Shown piece after piece: positions 9,918 through 17,559 of a DNA stretch of 18,141 nucleotides (positions are counted from its first letter, which is position 1; each line of letters opens with the position of its first letter). A program made the translations under genes and the position numbers. The notes beneath the pieces were generated by a model. The model made no database searches, was not told the origin of the DNA, and saw only the letters and a program-made list of their open reading frames with translations. The stretch is from an uncultured archaeon. GTDB taxonomy: Archaea > Asgardarchaeota > Lokiarchaeia > Sigyniarchaeales > SOKP01. The stretch is taken from the NCBI GenBank assembly GCA_964388035.1, contig CAYLZE010000106.1, positions 1 to 18,141 of the forward strand, written 5' to 3'.

Positions 9918-11210
9918 TTAATATTTAAGTCCGTACACGTCCCTAAGATCCGTTCCTTTAGTCTCTTTTATATAAAAGTAGACCAAGGGTATGTTTAGGA
10001 AAACGGTAAGACTAATGACAATGATTGCCATCCCTAACCCATAAGAATAGGTAAAAATACTGGTTACTAAGAAGCCTAAAGTGATTCCTGCAGCTCCCAC
10101 TAGAGATTTGAGTCCTGCTCCTGTCCCTCGTGATTCAGTAGGAACGATTTCTAATATTACCATAGAGACAACAATCCATCCCATCCAATATCCAAAGGAA
10201 GCTAGGGCTCCGAACAACAATCCACTTAACAAGGCAAATTGAGGTATCGTGCTCCCTATAATAAATGAAAGATATGAAATGGGAACTATGATAGCACTTA
10301 AATATAAAAGCGGAACCCGCCCTATTTTATCTCCTAATACTCCAATCATTACGAATGCAATGTATACAGCGAGGGTGGAGATTAAAATGACCAAACTAAT
10401 TTGTGCCTCTGTCAAAATACCCACTGCAGAAACATAAGGTTCTATCAAATTTCTAAAGATTGAATTTGCTCCTAATATAAAACTCATGATTAGTAAGGCA
10501 ATTAATGATTTTTTATTAGGCGATTTAAGCAGAGTTTTTACATTTTTTCGGAATGAAACTGGTTTACCCTCCAAACCTTTATCACCCACGCCTTCCTGAA
10601 AGATCTTGGGCTCCTTTAGGGTTAATAGAGCGATTACGCCTATAATTACTCCGAATATGATTGGAAAATAAGTAAGACCTCTCCAATTCGAAGATGTCTC
10701 TGTAATATAGACAGATCTTAGAATTGGACCTAAAACGGCACCAACCGTACCACCAATCAATACTATATTCATCCAAAAAGCCCTTTTTTCTTTCGGGGCT
10801 TCTTCACTAATGTAAATCATCCAAATATCCGAGCGAGTAAAAAACCATAAAAAGAACAGGTATATGGTAAAATCTACGATACTCGTGGTGAAGTTCATCA
10901 AAAATAAAATCCCCGCCATTCCAAAAATCGTTATGATTAGCATTACCTTTCTGCCAAACTTATCAGAAAGATAGGTATTCACAGCACACACATACATGCC
11001 CATGGTGCCTATACCCGTGCTAAGCGTAAATATCGAGAGAGCAACATTTTCAGGATATCCTGCTAAAAATTCTGCAATGATTCGGGATGGAATGAGGGTG
11101 GGAAAGGAAGTAGTATACGAATCCAAGACTTGGACCAGCATGAGAATGAATACCATGTAAAGAAAATAGGATCTTGACGATTTACTTGAATTTCCTTCTT
11201 TTTGTGACAT
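9918..11210 (-). CDS. Major facilitator superfamily transporter
   Basis: Motif A SDKFGRK and GDKIGR, ISEEAPKEKRA, LEIVPTESRGTG, C-terminal KETKG; about 12 TM segments. Alternative start GTG 11219. Confidence 0.92.
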   Translation of the reverse strand: MSQKEGNSSKSSRSYFLYMVFILMLVQVLDSYTTSFPTLIPSRIIAEFLAGYPENVALSIFTLSTGIGTMGMYVCAVNTYLSDKFGRKVMLIITIFGMAGILFLMNFTTSIVDFTIYLFFLWFFTRSDIWMIYISEEAPKEKRAFWMNIVLIGGTVGAVLGPILRSVYITETSSNWRGLTYFPIIFGVIIGVIALLTLKEPKIFQEGVGDKGLEGKPVSFRKNVKTLLKSPNKKSLIALLIMSFILGANSIFRNLIEPYVSAVGILTEAQISLVILISTLAVYIAFVMIGVLGDKIGRVPLLYLSAIIVPISYLSFIIGSTIPQFALLSGLLFGALASFGYWMGWIVVSMVILEIVPTESRGTGAGLKSLVGAAGITLGFLVTSIFTYSYGLGMAIIVISLTVFLNIPLVYFYIKETKGTDLRDVYGLKY

Positions 11211-11554
11211 GAGGATCACTTTTTTAATTTTTATTTTCTATTTAATTGAAACATAAATAGTTATTAGGTTTTTTGATAGATCGATATTAAAAGGGAATAA
11301 AAAGGAAAAAGTAAAAGATAAATAAAAAGAAATCAATGATCATACCCATACAAGCTGGCTATTGAATCGATTAAAACAGATCTATCTTCGCATACCTCAT
11401 CGCAATATACCTACGAAGGAATAGTAAGATTACCTCCCAAAGGATAAAACTAATTTTGGATTTCAATCATGAAAAGAAAAGAAGATAATCCAAGCCCTTT
11501 AAGATGACCATTAAAGTTCATTTTTTCGATAGGTTTTACCATGTTTCTAAGCCA

Positions 11555-12283
11555 TTACTTAATATCTTTATTGCCAAATTGGTTATGATGAGTGAAATCT
11601 TCCACATTTCTGCGTACTCTCAAGTATTTACGTGATGCGGAACTAGCATGACCCATTCGAGCGCTAAACGCAATTTTCATGTTTTCCGGTATGTGTAGAA
11701 TCTCTTTAATTTCTTTTTCTGCCAAGTCTGTACTAAGAGAACTCATTATTTGTAACGCAAGTCCAAGAGATTGTGCCATGAGCCACATGTTTTCCATTAA
11801 ACACCCAAGACTCATGATACCCAAAAAATCACCTTCCGATGCGGGAGCTCTTTTGGTGGGGTCATAAATTACGATGAGCAAGATGGGGGTTGATTGTATG
11901 GTTTTCTCCATGAATGATTCTGAATCATTCGAACTTTCATCCCACTTCCCATCTGGATTTCTAAAAGCGGGTGGAAACATCGTGCCTAAAAGACCCACTT
12001 TTTTTTGCAACAGTTCTTCTTCTGAAAATGACAATTGTGCATAATTTTCTCGAAGAAAGGTTTCAGAAATCGGATAATCAATATCTCCAATAGTTTTTAA
12101 GATCTTTTTATCATCCACGACGATAATTTCAAAGTTCTGCATGTTATGTGCGGTCGGTGCCCAACGCCCTGCCTCTAAAACTCGTTTCAGATCTTGTTGC
12201 GACACTGGACGGTTTGAATCATAGAGAAAACGCACTGAATTTCGTTCTTGAATGAGCTTTAAAAGTTCATCTTTATCATTCAC
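11555..12283 (-). CDS. Nitroreductase-family flavoprotein
   Basis: RNSVR FMN-phosphate motif, AGRWAPTAHNMQ, and ENMWLMAQSLGL. GTG start 28 bp after the SDR stop, so probably co-transcribed. Confidence 0.9.
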   Translation of the reverse strand: MNDKDELLKLIQERNSVRFLYDSNRPVSQQDLKRVLEAGRWAPTAHNMQNFEIIVVDDKKILKTIGDIDYPISETFLRENYAQLSFSEEELLQKKVGLLGTMFPPAFRNPDGKWDESSNDSESFMEKTIQSTPILLIVIYDPTKRAPASEGDFLGIMSLGCLMENMWLMAQSLGLALQIMSSLSTDLAEKEIKEILHIPENMKIAFSARMGHASSASRKYLRVRRNVEDFTHHNQFGNKDIK

Positions 12284-12311
12284 TTTAAGGAGCCTTTATG
12301 GGAGAGTTTAA

Positions 12312-13142
12312 TCATTTTCTTTGCTTCATTACCTTTCCGAGTTTAATACCCCCAAAAATCATTTTTCGAATGGAATATCCTCGAAATAATTTTCCGTTAG
12401 GTTTACAGGACGGAAGGACATAGGGAATGACGTGCCGGGTACTTTTATGGATGTCGGTCCCAATATATTGAAGGGCTATGTCTGTATTTTCCTTGGATTT
12501 CTCTGGATCCATCCATCCAGGAACAATAGTCCCTGAGTTAATAAGCCCAGTTCTGATAAAACCGGGTTCATAAATGTTAATCTTGATATCTTCTTTTCTT
12601 TGTGCAAGTTCCAATGCAAGACATTTAGAAAAGGTCGTGACACCCCCTTTGGCACCAGAATAGATCGTCTGGTGGGGCATGGGGCGTTCTACTCCTGCAC
12701 CAGCTAACGTGACAATACGTCCATATTTCTGCTGAATCATGTATGGCAATGTTGCAGATATTGTTTGAATAGTACCCATTAGCAACGTGCCTATAGTCAC
12801 TTGCTCGTAATCAGCAAGTTGATTATATGGGATATTAGCAAAAGGACCATATACCGCGTTTAGTCCCGCATTGGCCACAAGGATTCGAATCGAACCGAGC
12901 TCTTTCGCAGCACGATCAATGAAGGTCTTTATTGCAATAGGATCTGCAACATCGCACGGAAAACCAATGATTAAATCCTTATATTTAGAAGCAAATTCAG
13001 TAATGGTTTGATTCACGTGTTCTTCTTTTCTAGAGCAAATAGCAACTTTGCAACCTTCGGCGAGAAAATATTCGGTAATGCACTTTCCAAGACCGCTAGT
13101 GCCTCCCGTGACAATTGCGGTCTCGTTTTCCATTCTTTTCAA
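12312..13142 (-). CDS. Classical short-chain dehydrogenase/reductase (SDR)
   Basis: TGGTSGLG, CSR (basic residue suggesting NADP preference), CDV, ANAG, catalytic YSGAK, and PGFIRT. TTG start preceded by GAGGTGA. Confidence 0.92.
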   Translation of the reverse strand: MKRMENETAIVTGGTSGLGKCITEYFLAEGCKVAICSRKEEHVNQTITEFASKYKDLIIGFPCDVADPIAIKTFIDRAAKELGSIRILVANAGLNAVYGPFANIPYNQLADYEQVTIGTLLMGTIQTISATLPYMIQQKYGRIVTLAGAGVERPMPHQTIYSGAKGGVTTFSKCLALELAQRKEDIKINIYEPGFIRTGLINSGTIVPGWMDPEKSKENTDIALQYIGTDIHKSTRHVIPYVLPSCKPNGKLFRGYSIRKMIFGGIKLGKVMKQRK

Positions 13143-13148
13143 CTAAAT

Positions 13149-13155
13149 TCACCTC
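13149..13155 (-). promoter_or_regulatory. Shine-Dalgarno GAGGTGA for the SDR gene
   Basis: TCACCTC on the plus strand, 6 nt before the TTG start at 13142. Confidence 0.7.
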
Positions 13156-13442
13156 AAATTTTTTCATTTAAAAAGCAATAAGTAGTTTGATTATAAAAAT
13201 TCACAGATTATGATTTATTAAGTTCCACCAAATGTAATTTATAAGTATTTATTATAACCCGCGTGTTAAAGTTCGGTAGATTAATTGGTGGAAAAATAAA
13301 TAATGATAATGAAGCATTAACTATTTTTAATAATAAAACTTTAAATCATGAAAAATATGGTTTGCCTTTAAGGTTTTCACCAGGTTTTTAAGGGTAAACT
13401 CAAAAACTTTTAAATCATTCATTATTACCATATTTTAAGCAG

Positions 13443-13466
13443 GATTGATTATCACTGGTGTATAGT
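13443..13466. promoter_or_regulatory. Putative operator, copy 2 (GATTGATTATCACTGGTGTATAGT)
   Basis: 13/15 match to the palindrome CAGTGATWATCACTG. It lies between a BRE/TATA-like CAAAAACTTTTAAAT (13401-13415) and ATG 13474. Confidence 0.62.
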
Positions 13467-13473
13467 ATAAAAA

Positions 13474-14598
13474 ATGTCGCTCACGGATCCGCATGAAAAG
13501 ATATTAGAGAACATGAAGGAATATCCCAATGGGATACCGATGAAGGGTGGTAAAGTTTCGGAGGCTTTTCGGGAATTCATTAAAATTTTATTCACCCCGG
13601 AAGAAGCAGAAATCGCCCAATATTTAACCGTTAAACCTCAATCACTTGCAGCAATTTATAGACAAGCTAAGAAAGACGGGAAATCTCAGGAAGAAGTTAA
13701 AAGACTACTGGAAAAAATGGCAGATAATGGATTAATTCACGATATCGGGGGATTCTCTCATTACGTGGCAATGCCTCACTTGATGAACATGGGATTCAAA
13801 CTTCCCAAAACTCGAGAACGACTGGGCATGAAGGGAGCAGAATTATATCAACAATTCTTCATCGAGGAAAAGTTTTACAAGCGCTATGAATCTTCGGATG
13901 CTGGCACGTCATTGACGCGGGTGGTTCCGATAAATCAATCCATTGATCATGAATCGGAGATTTCGAATTATGAAGAAATTCACGGCATCATTGACGAATG
14001 CATGGGTCCTATCGTCGCAACGGACTGTCCATGTCGGGCTCGCACGGAAGCGTTAAATGTAAGAGAACAGCATTGTAAGGAGAATTTTCCAATAGAAGAG
14101 ACGTGTTTCCAAGTAGGATTATTTGGAAAATATTTCATAAAGAGAGGAGAAGGAAGGGAACTAACTCGGGAAGAAGCACACGTATTAATTGATAAGCTGG
14201 CTAAAAAAGGATTGGTATTTACTTTAGATAATTCCAAAGGGAAAATGCATCAGGTCATATGTTCTTGCTGTCCTTGTTGCTGTGCCATGTTGCGGGGAAT
14301 CACCCGTTTTGAAGATAAAAATGAAGCTTGCACGGCTAAATCGAATTATGTTTCGATAGTGAACGAGCTGGAATGTAAAGGATGCGGAACATGCGTAAAA
14401 AGATGCCCATTCGGAGCCATATCGCTGGATAACAAGATAGCAAAAGTGAACGAGTTAAAATGCTGGGGTTGTGGGAATTGTGCAATTACTTGCCCTTCGG
14501 GAGCTATTAAACTCCATCATTTAGAACGATCCCATATTTATGATAATGGAATAGAACTAATGAACAAGATTTACAAGGAAAATAGAACAGAATTATAA
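13474..14598 (+). CDS. Multi-Fe-S protein: N-terminal HTH-like region, Cys-rich middle domain, C-terminal 2x[4Fe-4S] ferredoxin domain
   Basis: LFTPEEAEIA N-terminus, CPCR, ETC, ICSCCPCCC, CKGCGTCVKRCP and CWGCGNCAITCP. Confidence 0.88.
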   Translation: MSLTDPHEKILENMKEYPNGIPMKGGKVSEAFREFIKILFTPEEAEIAQYLTVKPQSLAAIYRQAKKDGKSQEEVKRLLEKMADNGLIHDIGGFSHYVAMPHLMNMGFKLPKTRERLGMKGAELYQQFFIEEKFYKRYESSDAGTSLTRVVPINQSIDHESEISNYEEIHGIIDECMGPIVATDCPCRARTEALNVREQHCKENFPIEETCFQVGLFGKYFIKRGEGRELTREEAHVLIDKLAKKGLVFTLDNSKGKMHQVICSCCPCCCAMLRGITRFEDKNEACTAKSNYVSIVNELECKGCGTCVKRCPFGAISLDNKIAKVNELKCWGCGNCAITCPSGAIKLHHLERSHIYDNGIELMNKIYKENRTEL

Positions 14599-14731
14599 TT
14601 ATTAACCCTAATTTAAGGCAATTTTATAAGAAGAATTTATATCTTTATTTCATAAACTAATAATTATTATTAATGTTCCTTTTTATATGAAAGAGTTTTA
14701 GAACTTTATTAAAAATGTTATTGAGAATGAA

Positions 14732-14950
14732 ATGAATCTTCAAGAAAAAATTGATGGTTTTTTAAAGGAGAACCCTCGTTTTGATCGTGCTAAAATAGAA
14801 ATACCCGAATACATTCCAGATGGAAAATACTTAGGTATTGCTAAAAATGCGATTGTAGCTATTGGTGACAATGCTCAAGAAGTAACTAAAATATTAATGG
14901 AAAAATTTCCTCATTCTGCATCAAGTATCATTCATAAATATTTTGGATAA
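14732..14950 (+). CDS. Small DUF5678-like protein, possibly 3'-truncated
   Basis: GKYLGIAKNAIVAIGDNAQEVTKILMEKFP resembles the GKxVAIxxxxIVAxGxxxxE pattern of DUF5678 as I recall it. Confidence 0.55.
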   Translation: MNLQEKIDGFLKENPRFDRAKIEIPEYIPDGKYLGIAKNAIVAIGDNAQEVTKILMEKFPHSASSIIHKYFG

Positions 14951-15088
14951 AATGATTGAAAATGAGAAAAGTAATGAATTACATGATGAAATTATCGCAA
15001 TGACTTGTTATAAATATAGTACAAATCTAATCTATACTCGGGACTTAAAATTTAAAGATATTGGGGATTAAATATAATTTCATGGTAA
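14934..15088 (+). pseudogene. C-terminal remnant of a PIN-domain (VapC-like) toxin gene
   Basis: Not in the ORF track. The frame of ATG 14952 reads INILDKMIENEKSNELHDEIIAMTCYKYSTNLIYTRDLKFKDI, containing the PIN C-terminal motifs D-x-IIA and Y-T-x-D-x-x-F. Restoring one base at about 15062 gives the ending GLNIISW* (TAA 15086-15088). Confidence 0.6.
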
Positions 15089-15144
15089 AATAAGATTAAT
15101 TTGAAAAATAATTGTAAAATCTCCGTCATATATTCCCTCCTTTT

Positions 15145-16002
15145 TTAACCTTCTTTTAGTTTATCCAATTTTTCTTTCAAATATTTGAACCCCGGAGTAA
15201 TGTTCTCATTGAGATGGATGGGAATTAAATTCTTTAAAGGCCATCCAATATTCATCATTCCCCCCGTCTTGAATAGGTTTTCCATTACGTAAAACAACAT
15301 AAAACCAGGAAAACCAATCCCGATCTCGTGTTCTTGAATGCCCGCAAACGATCGATCCCCCATTCCGGGAATGACAATCTGCGGTTTTTGCATTAAGAAA
15401 GGAAATAGCCCTCCCTTGCCACAGGATTCCCCAAAGCCTTCAAAAGTTGAAGTAGGAACAAATTCTGGCAAGTTTTCATAACTAAGAGCTTGAATGATGT
15501 GAGTAACTTGCGCTCCACTTCCATAAATGAGAATCGAATCGGGAATGATCAAGCTCATGGGGAGCGGGGAGGCAATTACTCCTATATATCCTTCTTTTTG
15601 CAGCGCTTCAAGCCCCTCCGGCAGAAGTCCATTCATCATTCTTGTCCTTCTCTTTTCTGATTCTGCATCTTTATGCCATCCTTGTTTAATCTGGCTTTCT
15701 GTAATATCCTCTAAAGAGACATTTATCCACCCGTGCATTGCCGAGGAAGGAACGCAGAAATTCTCATCTGCGGTGAGAGCAACGGTCACCCCCATGCGTC
15801 GGGCCATCGTGAAAGCTTGACAAATCGCCAATTTCCTTGGCTTTCGTCCCATCGTGGAAGGTCTAATTGCGCGGCGGGGGATTTCTTCCTCACTTTTTAT
15901 ATATTTGATCGCTACGGGGTATGTTGAAAGATGTAAAGCGTGGTAGAGCTTCTCTCCTGCCGTCTTATAATCCATTTTAGAATATTCTTTTTTTTCAGTC
16001 AT
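15145..16002 (-). CDS. DUF169 (COG2043) family protein, paralog C
   Basis: LHLSTYPVAIKY, LAICQAFTMARR, NFC, PDSILIYGSGAQ, GESC, PGMGDR. SD AAGGAGA upstream. Confidence 0.87.
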   Translation of the reverse strand: MTEKKEYSKMDYKTAGEKLYHALHLSTYPVAIKYIKSEEEIPRRAIRPSTMGRKPRKLAICQAFTMARRMGVTVALTADENFCVPSSAMHGWINVSLEDITESQIKQGWHKDAESEKRRTRMMNGLLPEGLEALQKEGYIGVIASPLPMSLIIPDSILIYGSGAQVTHIIQALSYENLPEFVPTSTFEGFGESCGKGGLFPFLMQKPQIVIPGMGDRSFAGIQEHEIGIGFPGFMLFYVMENLFKTGGMMNIGWPLKNLIPIHLNENITPGFKYLKEKLDKLKEG

Positions 16003-16066
16003 GATTGTTCGTTCTCCTTTTAAAGTTAAATATTTTAAAGAATGAAACCGATTTATTTATTTTTAT

Positions 16067-16085
16067 CAGCAGTGATTATCACCAC
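16067..16085. promoter_or_regulatory. Putative operator, copy 3 (CAGCAGTGATTATCACCAC)
   Basis: Contains the perfect odd palindrome GTGAT-T-ATCAC (16072-16082), 13/15 to consensus, in the divergent DUF169/SCP2 intergenic region. Confidence 0.62.
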
Positions 16086-16190
16086 AATAAATCTTTTTAT
16101 AGGAGTCAAAATTCATTAATTATGCAAACAAGATTATTTTAATCAAATTTTAATTGATTAAACAAGTATGAAAAAAGATTAGATGGTATC

Positions 16191-16607
16191 ATGGTTGACG
16201 AAAAATTATTAAAAGAGTTAAATGAAATAAGAGAAAATGGCCCCAGTAAACCCTCGGATGTTTTAAAGATATTCGAGGTAGCTAAACAACTTTCTGTCGA
16301 ATTTGATGATATGAAGGAAGAGCTTGAGGACATGGACCAGATGGTAGTTCAATTTGTCATGAATGACGTGGATTATAAGTGGTGGATTAAAATGGGGGAA
16401 GGGGTCTTCGAATATGGAGAAGGAGAAAGTGAAGATCCCAGCGTCACGTTAGCTACTTCTCAGAAAAATTGGGTGGATATGTTTTCCGGAGAAGCGGATG
16501 CGACGAGTTTATACATGGCAGGCGATCTAGCAATTGATGGTAATCTACAAGATGCTATAGCATTCGGAGAAGTATTATCATTAATGCAGGATGGCTTGGA
16601 AGAATAA
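16191..16607 (+). CDS. Stand-alone SCP2 (sterol carrier protein 2-like) lipid-binding domain protein
   Basis: VVQFVM...WWIKMGEG...DPSVTL...WVDMFSGEADATSLYMAGDLAIDGNLQDA is the SCP2 pattern. Very acidic, 138 aa. Confidence 0.88.
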   Translation: MVDEKLLKELNEIRENGPSKPSDVLKIFEVAKQLSVEFDDMKEELEDMDQMVVQFVMNDVDYKWWIKMGEGVFEYGEGESEDPSVTLATSQKNWVDMFSGEADATSLYMAGDLAIDGNLQDAIAFGEVLSLMQDGLEE

Positions 16608-16789
16608 TCTCCTTATCACCTTCCATTAAAGTATGATCTTTATTAAAATATAATTAAGAATTTAGCTCCTATTTAGGGAGAGAATTAATATGATTCCTAT
16701 TTATTCTAAGGGGCACTTTTTTCATTTTTTCTCCGTTGTCCAGAACTAATCCAATTTTCAAGAAGTAGAAATTGATTGCTTATACTAAT

Positions 16790-17482
16790 TTAAATTTTCT
16801 CTAAAGTAAGAACCACTTCTTTTTTTTGAACATCGATGGATTCAATGTTGCAATGTATTGGAACTTCCTTAAAAATTTTGGAAAGGGTTCTTTCAATAAT
16901 TCCCGAGAAGATATAGAAGTGAAATTTAAGATTTTCCGCGATGGATAGGAGTTCTACATTGTTAAAGGTATATATTCCCTTCTCCTTTTCCAGATCTATG
17001 TTCTCTTCTATTACTAAATCTTTATTATAAAAAAAATCATGATAAGGATACATCTTGCTAAATACCTTGAGGAAATCAGGGAAGGAGGTAATTTGCTTTC
17101 TTAAACTTTCAGGATACTGGTCCACGATATAGGTGAACATGGAATCTGAGATGAATTCTCCCAATTTCTTAAACTCTTCTTTTGTTGAAAGTTTAGTTTT
17201 AATTCCACTTAAGACCGCGTTATAAAAACTTCTTACCAAGCTCAATTCGATATATTTTCTATCCTTGCTAAAGTATAATTTATAAACCCCAATTTCCTTA
17301 GAAAGAACCTTTTCTTCTTGCTCTAAGAGGGAAAGGTATTTTGAGACAGTAATCCGGGTTGAGTTTACATTTTTAGCGATATCAGTAATTGTATAACCAG
17401 AAGGACTTTCATTTAAAAACTTGAGGATTTTTTTTTTCCAATTGGTTCCCTTTCCGATCTTTTTTTTTCTTTCTTGAGACAA
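16790..17482 (-). CDS. Transcriptional regulator: N-terminal winged HTH plus C-terminal V4R/H-NOX-like putative ligand-binding domain
   Basis: KILKFL...YTITDIAKNVNSTRITVSKYLSLLEQEEKVLSKEIGVYKLY is a wHTH. The C-terminal FKKLGEFIS...FYIFSGIIERTL resembles the V4R fold, which is the less certain call. TTG start. Confidence 0.8.
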   Translation of the reverse strand: MSQERKKKIGKGTNWKKKILKFLNESPSGYTITDIAKNVNSTRITVSKYLSLLEQEEKVLSKEIGVYKLYFSKDRKYIELSLVRSFYNAVLSGIKTKLSTKEEFKKLGEFISDSMFTYIVDQYPESLRKQITSFPDFLKVFSKMYPYHDFFYNKDLVIEENIDLEKEKGIYTFNNVELLSIAENLKFHFYIFSGIIERTLSKIFKEVPIHCNIESIDVQKKEVVLTLEKI

Positions 17483-17541
17483 GATAACCCCGGGTTTGAG
17501 GTTGTATATAATTAAGGTTATGTTTCATCAATTAAAAAATA

Positions 17542-17559
17542 ATCAGTGATAATCTCCAG
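17542..17559. promoter_or_regulatory. Putative operator, copy 4 (ATCAGTGATAATCTCCAG)
   Basis: 12/15 to consensus and nearly the same as copy 3 (CAGTGATWATCWCCA). About 62 bp upstream of the regulator start. Confidence 0.55.

Noticed and set aside
11450-11542. 30-codon minus-strand ORF MVKPIEKMNFNGHLKGLGLSSFLFMIEIQN after the nitroreductase gene
   Set aside because: No recognisable motif or clear SD, and too short to support.
813-12314. Selenocysteine read-through at TGA-terminated genes (stops at 813-815, 1646-1648, 6015-6017, 12312-12314), given that Lokiarchaeia encode selenoproteins
   Set aside because: Each TGA falls at the natural end of its family domain and is followed by another in-frame stop within 1 to about 25 codons of AT-rich sequence. 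The 11382-11424 hairpin does not fit an AUGA/GA SECIS core.
13457-13460. Reading GGTG in operator copy 2 as only a Shine-Dalgarno sequence
   Set aside because: It is 13 nt from the ATG, and the same 21-mer occurs at 8267-8287 in the opposite orientation to its nearest gene, so an RBS cannot explain the conservation.
386-16333. Short antisense or overlapping ORFs in the track (e.g. 386..580, 1019..1207, 2907..3159, 3526..3915, 5575..5763, 7085..7390, 7893..8217, 8588..9172, 10249..10776, 11679..11867, 13980..14237, 15527..15927, 16139..16333)
   Set aside because: All lie on top of longer genes with recognisable motifs or better coding character, and show no motifs of their own. They are shadow ORFs.
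16660-16730. Short hairpin CTCCT-ATTT-AGGGAG, a repeated TCCTATTTA word and T-tracts between the convergent SCP2 and regulator genes
   Set aside because: Probably ordinary termination signals; too weak to call precisely.
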